DNA from: Prorocentrum cordatum
Lineage: Eukaryota
NCBI GenBank assembly: GCA_963575745.1
Contig: CAUYUJ010000325.1
Coordinates: 186,001-250,000 of the forward strand
Direction of reading: 5' to 3'
Length of the DNA stretch: 64,000 nucleotides
The notes under the pieces were generated by a model. That model did no database searches. It had not been told where the DNA came from and saw only the letters and a program-made list of their open reading frames with translations. The position numbers and the translations under genes are program-made. Shown in pieces: positions 1 to 9,975 of this stretch (positions within the stretch are counted from its first letter, which is position 1; each line of letters begins with the position of its first letter).

Positions 1-149
1 TCGACGTTCCTCGCACGCTTGTTGTTGTCGGCCTGGTCCTTGCCCGTGACGTGAGCTGGAACCAGCTGCGATAGCTTGCACAAGCCATCTGGAGCGCGCT
101 TGGGCGGCATGACGCTGGACTTCCAGAACTTGGAAGCATTGGGAGCCAT
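1..149 (-). CDS. 5' part of an unknown protein (MAPNASKFWKSSVMPPKRAPDG...), probably a retrocopy; runs off the window edge
   Basis: First ATG about 100 nt downstream of a minus-strand spliced-leader relict (269-248), in GACCATGG context; the frame is open to base 1. Confidence 0.45.
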   Translation of the reverse strand, partial: MAPNASKFWKSSVMPPKRAPDGLCKLSQLVPAHVTGKDQADNNKRARNV

Positions 150-247
150 GGTCGAACTCACCGAGCCCAAGGCTCGATGGCCACGTGGATCCGAAGTGGC
201 CTGACCTCTCTGCTGAGACCGATGGGCAACGTCGTTTGCCAAAACAG

Positions 248-269
248 TTTGAGCCGAAATGGTTACGGA
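248..269 (-). other. Relict dinoflagellate spliced leader (full length)
   Basis: Minus strand reads TCCGTAACCATTTCGGCTCAAA; 19/22 matches to DCCGTAGCCATTTTGGCTCAAG. Confidence 0.85.
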
Positions 270-686
270 CATGTGGGTTGCTGCAGTGACAACGGGCCAG
301 TATGCAACGCATGCTATGAAACAATTGCGGATCAACTTTGCAGTCCCGAGACCCAGGGCGGTGCGCTTAATCACAAGGTTGTCGCTTTGAATAGAGCTTA
401 TCCTCCCCTCACGCCGTTACCACTGCGTAGAATCACTGGTTCGCTGATCGGGCGATGGCCTTTGAGAGACGTAGCGACGAACATTAGGGAACGCTTAACA
501 TCATAAAAAGGCGGCCACACCGAACCCGCACATGAGATCAAACTGACAGGGTCACGGCATTCAATATGTCTGATCTGACTGACGCTAGCTGTCCGAAACT
601 GTTCCAGGAATTAAACTGACTCTCCTCGTTCCTCCCTCACTCCCTCTATCCTCCGTTCCTCACATCCGCCACCATCCCCCTCCTCC

Positions 687-708
687 ACTGTAGCCGTTTT
701 GGCTCGAC
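687..708 (+). other. Degenerate relict dinoflagellate spliced leader
   Basis: ACTGTAGCCGTTTTGGCTCGAC; 18/22 matches to the DinoSL consensus. Confidence 0.7.
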
Positions 709-1508
709 GCGAGAACGACAGCGTCGCCAACGCTGCAAAGCGACCGCGGTCGCCTAACTGAGTCAGGGCTGCGTTTGCGAGACCACCATACGGGGTGCGG
801 GGGTTCGTTTCTGACTCCTGATTTCAAGCCCTGCCCCCCCTATTCTACCTTGACGCCCGCTAAGTCGGGTCGTCTCGCTCGGCCCCCCGGGGCCTCGCGG
901 CGTGGAGTTGCGTCGGCCGCGTCTGGGCCCGAGGACCGCAAGCGCGACTCGCGACTGGAAAGGCGTTGCGCTCTCCCCTACTCCTGCGTTACGTCGGGGG
1001 GAGGCATGGGCGTGACGGGAGAGTGGACGAGGAGGGAGGGGCGTGGCTGATACGAGCGAGGAGAAGAGCAGGAAGAGGAGGAGGAGGGAACAACCTAAGA
1101 GCCGATTATGCAAGACAGGCGGTGCATAATGACGATCGCACTCAAGTGTCGTTCCCTTGGAAATGTCTACACATCATGTTTTGGATCCAGTGTTGAGTAC
1201 ATCCTGAAATGTTTCACACCTTTGTTTTTGATGATATCGTAGTTTCGCTTGTAGGTTTCGGAGGGCGGTGATCAAAAATCGAATGATTGAATTGCTGCTG
1301 CATCGAAACACGCATGCGTGAAACCGACGTGTGTTCCATTTGTGGAGCACTACAAAACTGAAGCCGCCGAACTTCAGTTAGTTGGACCATCGCCTCGGCG
1401 ACAACAAAACAGCACCGCAACAAGCGCGGAGACAACAAAACAGCTCGAGTCTCCACGCCCTCTGTTGTTTCATGTTTTACCCTACAAATGGAGCATCACT
1501 GTACCCCT

Positions 1509-1551
1509 CATGCCCTCTAAGGAGGAGGAGTCCTCCTCCTTAGAGGGCATG
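1509..1551. repeat. Perfect 21-bp inverted repeat with a 1-nt spacer
   Basis: CATGCCCTCTAAGGAGGAGGA-G-TCCTCCTCCTTAGAGGGCATG. Confidence 0.95.
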
Positions 1552-2600
1552 GAGGACCTCCTGGAGGACCCTGACTGGGGCAACGACGACCAGGCACAAG
1601 AAAAGAAACTGCGCCTCGCCGAGGCCCCGGGCGACGTCCATCCTATCTCCTCGTCGTCAGACTCGGGCGCGGTCGAAGAGCGCCCAGCCAAGACGAGTCC
1701 TCAGAGCGAGCGGCACACCAGCCCCGAGATCGACCCGCGCAGTGCCGACCAGATGGCTGCCCGCGCGCCCGCTGAGCCAATCCTGCGTCTAGAGGCCGTG
1801 GCTAACGATCGGAACCTGCGCGCGCGGGGCCGCTCCAAGGGCTCGGAGGGCCCGCGACCTGCGCTCGCCCCCCCTCTCTTCGCACCTCCCAGAGCGCTCG
1901 CGCGGCAGGGTGCGGGGGCCAGTCGCCCGGGAGCCGTGCGCGACGGCGGTGAGGCGCGAGCCCAGGGAGGACGACCGGCCACGCACAGGAGAGCGAGACC
2001 GCGACCGCGACCGCGACCGCGACCAGAGCGCGTCGGGGGCACCTTGGCGCAGACACGGCGCCAAGGACTGGGACAGAACTAAGGGGCGCCACCGGGGCCA
2101 GACCCACGACACTGGCAGGGGCGCAAGTAGCGCACCCTGGCGGCAGCCAGAACCGCGCAACTCTCACTACAAGGTTGACCGCATCCACGCCGACATCAGC
2201 TGGACGCGCGCCACCCTCCGCGTTGGATGGCAGCGCCTCCCAAACGAGACAGCGGTAACACGCCTGACGAGGTTGCAAGCAGAAGGGGGGATACCACTCC
2301 AACGCAGCCTGGCATTCGTGGCGCAGGCACATGTGCAAGGAGCAAGGCAAGGGCAAATCCAAAGACCGGGCGCCCCTCGACCCATGCCGCTGGCAGCAGT
2401 GGATCATCGACAAATTCCTGGATGACATGAGCGCCAACAACTACCGCGTGGACCGATGGTCCAGCAGCGCAGGCGTCTACGTGGACTGGGAGCGGGAGCA
2501 GAAGCTCTACCAGGAAGTGCAGAGGAAAAGGGAGGTCGCTAAGGGTGACGGGCGCGACGGTGACCAAGCGCGCAGCTCCGGGTACCACGACGCCTGGACT
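1549..2600 (+). pseudogene. Frameshifted remnant of an unknown protein-coding sequence
   Basis: Protein-like stretches in successive frames (MEDLLEDPDWGNDD..., HYKVDRIHADISWTRATLRVGW, WQQWIIDKFLDDMSANNYRVDRW); no recognisable domain. Confidence 0.3.
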
Positions 2601-4002
2601 GGAAAGCGTCCGCGGCGCTGGTCGTCGTCGACCCGACCACACTTGCCACACAGCACCACAGCACCAATCGCTCCCACTACCTGCGCCCCTGTCCCCGACC
2701 CACACCCCCACCTGTCACCTGGCTGGGGACCGTGTGTCCCTCTCTCCTCCTTTACCTGCACCCTATCGCCCCTGTGGCGCCCGCGTTCCACGTGCTGGCT
2801 ACCCTCCCTTCCACATGGACCCCGTCCTTTCCTCCTTCTCCCCTCCTCCTCTCCCGTTTCCAAGGATCTGGGACTCTGTGTCCTACCTGTGCCCGTCGGC
2901 TGACTGAGATTCAAGGATCTGGGACTCTGCGCCCCCCTGCGCCCACCTGCGACGCATTGGTGCGCCAGCGACGTGCGTGACGCGCCCGCGTTGGGGCCTC
3001 GTGTCTTACCTGTACGCATTGGGGCTTGTCCCCACGTGAGCACCTTGGCCCATGCTGGCGAGACCTCGGCTGGCGTGGGACGCCGGCCTCTCCCCCCTGT
3101 TCGCCCCCTCCCCCCCCGCTCGCTCCCCCCCCCTTCCATGGCGGCGGCGCCCGGCGCAAGACGGCCCTGCTTCTGGCCGCGCCTCTCGGCTGCTTCCTGG
3201 ACGTAGATTGGACTACCACCCCAGGCCGCAACCGACCACCCGGTGGCACAACGTTGCACATCGTGTTCGTGGCCCACCTCATCTCCTGGGCCTCTCTTGA
3301 CCAGTTGGTAGCACATGTTGCTCTTCGCCTACCTGGCGCACCTCGACCCCCCGGGCGTCGACCTGGCCGCGTCCTCCCGCGCGCAGAACTCGAGGATGGT
3401 GATCTTGATGCGCCGTCGACGGCAACGCCACTTCGCTCTCCCACCGGGACTTCGCCTCCGGCTCCTGTCCAAGGCGTACCTTTTCCTGTGCAAGCACTTC
3501 GGCGCCGCCTGCATCCCGCGCCCTCTGGCCGCCTGAGGCCCCGCCCGCCGGCGCCCTGTCTCCCCAATTAATGCCACGCGCGCCCCGCCTAGCTCTTAAC
3601 CACAAGAGGCCCGCCCTCGACCCGCAGACCAAGAAGTTTGCGTGCCAGCCATTCGGCGCGCCCATGGGCGCGCTGGTTCGCTGCGGTGTTCTTGATGTTT
3701 CCGAAGTTGTGCGTCTGGATGGCTGGCTGCTGAACTGGCCCTGGTAGCGCTGGTGGTGGAGGCTGCCCTTCGCTGCTAGGTCGCTTCTGAGGTGTAGGGC
3801 CCGAGAGGTCGAGGAAGGCGCCCTCCTCGCCTCGTGGCGGTGCGGGGCCATCACGTCCTCCATCGTGGCCAGGCGGCGGGGGCCCACCGCCTGCGCCACC
3901 GCCGCCTCCTCCAGGATCTGGAGGAGGTGCGAGCCCTGGGGTCCCTGGCGGGGCGCCCGGCGGTGGCCCGGGCGGCTGGTTGCCGCGCGGCGCGCTCAGC
4001 AC

Positions 4003-5045
4003 TTACCCCAGCTGCACGAGCTCCGATGCCGTGGCGCGACGTAGGTGTCCACGGTTTACCTCCACGGTCGTGGAGCGGCGGCTGACCCAGACGTTCGAGG
4101 CGCCGTCGAACCCGATGGTGACGCCAGGCCCGTGCCACTGCAAAGCCCAGTGCCGCTTCGGCTTGCCGTTGCCCCTCCAGTAGTACACCTGGTCGCCAGT
4201 CTGGTAAACGTCGCTGGCGCGCTGAGATCCATCTGCCCGAGACCGGGCCAGCAGCGCTCTCGAGAGGGACTGGTTGATACTCAGCTGCTGCGTGGAGATC
4301 TGCGCGGCCATCAGGATGGCGGCCCTTTCCGAGATCGGCTTGTCGGACACGATGCGCTCGCGCAGGGAAAGCCTGCCCGCGCTGCCCAGCAAGCAGCAGG
4401 GAAGCCGAAGGCTTCGCCCGAGCACCCACTGCGACGGCGAGTAGCCCGTGGAGTTGACCTGGCTGTTCATGGCCCAACACACGGAGGCGATCAGCCACTG
4501 GACCCTGTGGGCTATCTCGGGCTGGTCGAACCTGATGCTGAACTGGTCGATCAGCTTCCTCGCGAGCACCTTCCACGTGTCTCCATGTCGCTCCACGGTA
4601 GCATCCCGCTGCGGCGCAGCCGCCAACCCATGCCCCCCAGCTCCTTGGAGAACTCTCGCTCGAACTCGCCTCCTTCATCAAATATGATGCGTTGAAGCGC
4701 GCCGAAAAACGCGATCCAAATCTGTAGCAGTCGAGCGAATGCAGCTGGTGGATGCCTAGACGCAATCGTGCCGCACAGCGTAAAACCCGAGGCCAGGTCG
4801 ACCACGTTCAGATAGATCAGCTAATTGCCCGCGAAGTCGTCCAGGATAAAGGTCTACTCGGGTGGAATCGTTGAAATCCCCGTCCACTCTGATCCTGCCC
4901 GGCAGGTGTGGTAGCGGCCGTTGATGCGCCGCACAGACCTCACAGTAGAGGTTGAGAGCCCCCTCCACGGATCTCTGCGATCCGCCCGTCACGCGGATAG
5001 CTCGGGCAAGCGAGTCGTGGGACGGGTGCCCCGTGTTCACGTGGA
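4003..5045 (-). pseudogene. Retroviral-type integrase (HHCC zinc finger and DDE core), frameshifted
   Basis: HVNTGHPS...CEVC zinc finger; RVDL, VDLASGF, IIFDEGGEF, VERHG and GYSPSQWVLGR motifs across ORFs 4756-5040, 4551-4805 and 4003-4626. Confidence 0.88.
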
Positions 5046-5169
5046 GCTGTATCGCGGCGGACCTGAGCGCCCGCTCCTCCGCGGCCGCGAGCGCTCATTC
5101 CTGTGCGGCTGCGGCTGCAGGGTGTGCTTCGCGTAGGGGTCGGCGGCTTGGTCGCTGCAGTTGGCCGGC

Positions 5170-5810
5170 CAACGCCTCCACGAGCTTTTGCATGTAGTTA
5201 TCGCTGTTATTCGCGATCTGGCCGCGAGCCTCGGCGTGGGGATGCGACCCATCGCAGAACCTCCTGAGCGAGTCGTCAAACCCGTAGTGGTCGGCGACGA
5301 TCCTCCACGGCTTCTTGATGCGGACGCCCTGCTTCGTCTTGAGGTCGAACGCGCAGCCGTCGAAGCCTATGACTCGCGGGAGCTGCTCCTTCAGCTGCGT
5401 GGCGGTCGACTCCTTGTTGGGCCCCCATCCGTCGCCGAACCTCGGCCACTCGAACGAGACGGCGAGCTGGGCGCCGAACTCTTTGCGCAGCCGGGACATG
5501 GCCTGCAGGAGCAGTCCGTTCATGAGCTTGGACTCGGCCCGATCCTTCTTGAACTGCGGGACCATACTCGGGTCGATCTTCGCGACAAGTCGCTGTAGTG
5601 AGGTCCACGGCTGGAAAAGTAATACAGCGTCAACTCGCGCACTCTCACCACTGGCAAGGTTGGACCTGGCCCTGCCCTCCAGCTGGTTGACCACGAGCCG
5701 TTTCGAGAGGTCGCAGCCTGGAAGACAGCATCTGACAGCAGCTCCTCCCTTCTTCCTCCAGGTAGCACAGAGCTGACTGTCCGGATTGCAGCACTCCTCG
5801 TAAAGCACGG
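5170..5810 (-). pseudogene. Divergent C5 DNA cytosine methyltransferase-like domain inside the copia polyprotein
   Basis: Ordered motifs VLYEECCNPDS (motif I-like), CDL, FEWP (motif VI ENV-like), FDGCAFDL...KKPWRI (motif VIII-like), CDGSHPH, SDNYMQKLVEAL (motif X-like); the catalytic PC is not visible. Confidence 0.55.
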
Positions 5811-6439
5811 CGTTCCTCGCTGTGAGGGTCGAGCTGGATATGGTAATAGATTTCGCCAGGTTGGTGACCATGGCCTGGCTGATTTGACGCGGCTAGATGC
5901 CGCTCTTCCCGGTAAAGAAAGCCGAACGCTTGCTTGCGATCAGCTGCGGCTTCGCCCCCTTGTTGAGCGCCCGCACGCGCAGCTGCTCCTCCTCCGCGAT
6001 GTTGACCTCGGGTCCGGGACTTGCATCTGTGATGCCTTCGAGTCTCTGGTCATAGCCCAGAGCCACGGTCGCGCCGAAGGCGCAGTCCGAGCAGGAGCCG
6101 CAGCGGCTGCAGACCTCGCGGGCCTTCTCGCCGCAGGCGGTGCAGTCCTGCAGCGGCTCGGTCACGCACGTCGCGGGGGAGGTGATCTGCGGCGCCGTCG
6201 CCAACGTGAGGTTCGGAGCTGGCGCTGCGGTGAAGCAGCGAACCAGAGCTGAAGCCACGGCAGACTAAAGCCGCGACCCCTTTGGTCGACGAGGCTGGAG
6301 TCGCCTCGGGACGTTCGGCTCTTTCTTCGCGACGAGCGTGCTAATCGCATCGATGAGCGTGCCGGTCTTGATCGTAGCGTTGACCGTAGGTTTGTCGCTC
6401 ACCTTCAAGGGTCGGCTGGCTGGCTTGGCAGGTCGCTCC

Positions 6440-6850
6440 GTGCCAGCGTCCATGATGGCCCGCCAGTCCTCTGGCTGCAACTTGATCGCGGGGTGGTCCG
6501 CGGCGCTCGCCATGAGCTTCTGGGCGGAGCTCCCGATGCGGATCTGGCCCTTCCAAAGAGAAAAGTCGATCTTGAAAGGCTGCATGATGTCGCGGCCGAC
6601 GAGCAGGCCAAGCGCCGGGCCGCCCACGACGCTGAACGCGTCGCGGCCGGCCTGGCCGCAGAGCGCGAGCGGCGCGGTGACGCGCAGCTTGCTCGGGAGA
6701 GCGCCTCCGCTGCCGAACCTGTAGATATCGTCTTCGGGCTCCTCGAGGATCTGGTCGGCGAGGCGCATTCTGGCGGGGGTGCCCTTGTAGTTGTCCCGAG
6801 ACGCAGAAGAGGCAGCCGGCATCCACCGCGCCGACGCCTTCGCCCGCGGG
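6440..6850 (-). pseudogene. Retropepsin-like aspartic protease, frameshifted
   Basis: GAVDAGCLFCVSG active-site-like motif, then YRFGSGG flap and LLVGRDIM C-terminal motif. Confidence 0.75.
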
Positions 6851-7079
6851 CCCCCCGTTGCCGATCGCGACGCCCACGTTCGGCAGGTGGTGAATCAGCT
6901 GCTCTGAGACGCAGGCCTGAAGGGGGGCGGCGACGCAGGCCCCTGCGGGCGAATGGCAATTTCATCGCGCGCGAACTGGACCTGCTCGGCGACGCGCGCC
7001 TGGCGCTACGGGCGACCTCCTCGCCCCCCCGCCCACAGCCCTTGGACTTGCCGTCCTTGGGCGCGAACTTTCGAGCGCC

Positions 7080-8130
7080 CGGCGCGGGGCGCCCCTTGTC
7101 TCCCGTCCAGCGCCCGGTCTCGCCGCAGCCCCAGCACTGCGACGTCTTCTTGCGCTGTCGACCCGGCTCTGGAGCTCGGCGGGGCGGCGAGACGGCGCGG
7201 ACCTGTTCGACTCGCCGCGGCCATCCAGGCCCTCGCGGGCTGACCTGATGGCGGCCATGGCCTCCGAAATAGCGGCAAGCTCCGCCGCGGCGGCCTCGAC
7301 CATAGCAGAGTCGTCGCCGTCGAACAACTCGGAGATGTCCACGCTGGAGGACTCGAGCTCGGCGCTGAAGGACTCGAGCTCCTGACGAGCGATGTCCTGG
7401 GCGTCGTCGACGGGCTCGCCCTCGTCGGCGGGCCCGTCGACGACGACAGTGGGTCGCCCTCCGCGGCTGGAAGAAGCGTCGCTGCGCCAGCCGCCATGGG
7501 GCCGCGACTGGTTGCCCCGCGTCCTCAGCGGCGGCGCGGCGCGGCGCTCGGAATCGTGGAGGTCCGGAAACATCCGCGCCGGCAGTCCACGGATGCGCTG
7601 GTAGCCGCAGCGTTCGTCGGGCACGTTGCCCACGACGCGCTCGCGGCGCTCGGCCGTGAGACCGGCCTTTCGCAACAGGAACCATCCCGCTACGTCGTCC
7701 AGCGCGTTGAGGTCCACCTCGTTCTCACGTAGCTGCTGTAGACCAATTTCGAAGCGGATGAGCCAGTCCGTCATTCGTGCACCTCGCCATCGGCGATGCT
7801 GGGTAGATTCGACAAACTCTTCGAGGGCATCGCCCTTCTGCGCGGGCTCCTGCTGACCCAAATTCGCCTCCAAGCGCTGTAAAACATTCCTGTTGCACAT
7901 CTTCTCGTCGGCGTCCTCGATGTCTGCTGTAGCTGCCGGGTGCAGCTGCTCCTCCGTCATATTCAATGCTGCGGTTCTCGCTGCTCCGCTGAGCCTGAGC
8001 ACGAGCTTCGACGCGAGACTCTGCGTGACTGGGAGGTTCTCGCTGAGCTTCCACAGCTTCACCTCCTGCTTGTAGTCTCTCCACTTCGAGGGGTATCCGT
8101 TCTATGTCAGTATAACTGACTGTCCGAAAT
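7080..8130 (-). pseudogene. Gag-like protein with a degenerate CCHC zinc knuckle
   Basis: (W>stop)NGYPSKWRDYKQEVKLW start, LVLRLSGAAR, GWFLLRKAGLT; knuckle CWGCGETG(R)W in a shifted frame near 7090-7140. Confidence 0.75.
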
Positions 8131-8169
8131 TGTGAGAAATGTCCGTCGTCTTTGCGAAAGGGTAGTCGA

Positions 8170-8620
8170 AGCAAAGGAAATCGACCTCTGTGGCTTCGCT
8201 GAAGTCCTGGGAGTGAAAGAAAACGAACTCGGCGGCGTCGCTGCTGTTCTGGGAGTAAGTGAAAGTAAACTCGGCGGCTTCGCTGAAATTCTGGGGGGAC
8301 GGGAAATCGAACTTGGCGGCGTCGCTTGAAAGTTCTGGGGGTAGGCGCTGTGGGCATAGGGCGTAGGTGCTGGCGTCGCTGACGTCGGCGTAGGAATTGG
8401 CGGCGAAAGCGTAGTAGGCGTGACTGCTGGCGTCGCCGACGCTGGCGTGGAAGTTGGCGTTGGAGGCGTAGTAGCCGTGAACGCTGGCGTCGCTGACGCT
8501 GGCGTGGGAGTTGGCGTTGCAGGCGTAGTAGGCGTGAGTGAAGGGATAGATGACGTTGGCGTGAGAGTTGGCGGGGTACGCGTAGTAGGCGTTGCTAGCG
8601 TCGCGGACGCTGGCGTGTGT
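8170..8620 (-). repeat. Degenerate tandem repeats upstream of gag
   Basis: Recurring GGCGTAGTAGGCG and CTGGCGTCGCTGACG units; related repeats at 37380-37660. Confidence 0.7.
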
Positions 8621-9032
8621 GCTGCGCAGCAGCTGGGTGGCGCAGATCACCAGGAGGACGCTGGTCTTCGATTCTAACGTCGCGGACGTCGTCGTCGTGG
8701 GCGGCCCCGCGGGCCGAGGATAGCGAGCCAAGCTCCAAACTACCACTGTGATATGGAAGATTACCGCTGATTGTGCTTTTCTTTCGCTCAGCGCGGCAGA
8801 GGTCGTAGCTCAATTCGCCAAGGGCTCTGGAAAATGATGAAAGCCAAATGGGCGGCGTCAGACAGCAGGTGAGAAGATTAGCGAGTCTTCTGGAATCACA
8901 CCCTCGATCCTCGACCCTCGATCTTTGACCATCGATCCCCTCGACCCTCTATCCCATCGATCCTCGGTCCCATCGATCCTCGATCCCCTCGACCCTGGGT
9001 CCTCGCCCACGGATCCTCGAACAAAAAAAACG

Positions 9033-9364
9033 CCACGACGAGTCGCCCTCGGCGTGTGCGGCCGTCGGGGCCACGAGCGCGGCGGCGCTCAGCGCCGCGA
9101 CCGGCACCGGCGCCTCGCGCGCCGCGGCCAGGAGGGAGTCGTCGGCGTGGGCGTCGGCGTCGGCGTCGTCGGCGTCGGCTACGTCGGCTACGTCGGCGTC
9201 GGCGGCGTCGGCTGCGTCAGCGGCGTCGGCGGCGGCGTCGTCGTCGTGGGCGAGCTGGCGGCGGCGGCGGCCTGGCGCGCCGGGGACGGCACGAAGGTGG
9301 CGGCCAGTGCGCCGCAGGCGGCCAGGACAGCCACCGTCAGGACGGCGGAGCGGGGGGCGGCCAT
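9033..9364 (-). pseudogene. 5' fragment of a nucleus-encoded plastid protein (bipartite leader); possibly plastid ATP synthase subunit c
   Basis: MAAPRSAVLTVAVLAACGALAATFVPSPARQ (signal peptide and FVP motif), then, after a GTC/GCC repeat expansion and frameshift, LLAAAREAPVPVAALSAAALVAPTAAHA-EGDSSW (second hydrophobic domain ending A-x-A). Confidence 0.55.
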
Positions 9365-9414
9365 GCTGCCGGTCTGAATCCAGAGGGCGCCAACAGCCCA
9401 GACCTCCTCGCGTC

Positions 9415-9975
9415 GTCAAGAGAGCACGGCGGCAGGCTTTGGGCCATTTTCGGCCTCTGGAAACCCTTGGGATGAAAAGCTGGTCCCAAGACCGTCAGTA
9501 AACAACTTGGGATGAAAAGCTGGTCCCTGGGAAGGGGTCAACAGACCTCGGGGGTCCACGTCGTGAAAAATCGCGCCACGCTGCTGATCTGAAGCCGGCT
9601 GAAGCCGGAGGGCGCCGACTGACCAGGCCCCCTCGCGTCCCTTCAAATATGGGCGGTGCGATTTTTTCACGCCGGTCATTGTCGCCTGGAGTTCGAGACC
9701 TGCGGCCATGACGGATCGATCTGGCTCGAAAAACGTCGCGGGGAGATGGAGTCGAGAGCTTCAGTCGTGCTGTTTCGCCACTTTGCAATTGTTTCGCAAC
9801 GTCGGATCTCAAGGCCGTGGAAAAATCACGGCGGGAGGCTGTTGGCAATTTTCGGCCTCCAGGGGCCCTCACGGGCCCCGGGACCGGCGAAAAATTGGCC
9901 GCGGGATGAAAAGCTGGTCCCTGGGGGAAGGTCGAACGACCTCTGGGGGTCCACATCGTGAAACAATCGCGCCGC
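9415..9975 (+). repeat. Dispersed repeat family with a GGATGAAAAGCTGGTCCC core (three local copies, a related copy at 53631-53685)
   Basis: Core at about 9470, 9509 and 9904; the last two are followed by GACCTC(T)GGGGGTCCAC, which recurs near 53660-53680. Confidence 0.75.

Larger units (their letters stand above)
3950..8900 (-). mobile_element. Decayed Ty1/copia-like LTR retrotransposon (gag - protease - MTase-like domain - integrase; RT and RNase H missing)
   Basis: Order gag, zinc knuckle, aspartic protease, then integrase ahead of where RT would lie (copia order); several frameshifts and stops; truncated after integrase. Confidence 0.85.

Noticed and set aside
3556..3570. CTGTCTCCCCAAT motif shared with ~43034-43046
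   Set aside because: A 13-nt match with only weak flanking similarity; insufficient to define an element.
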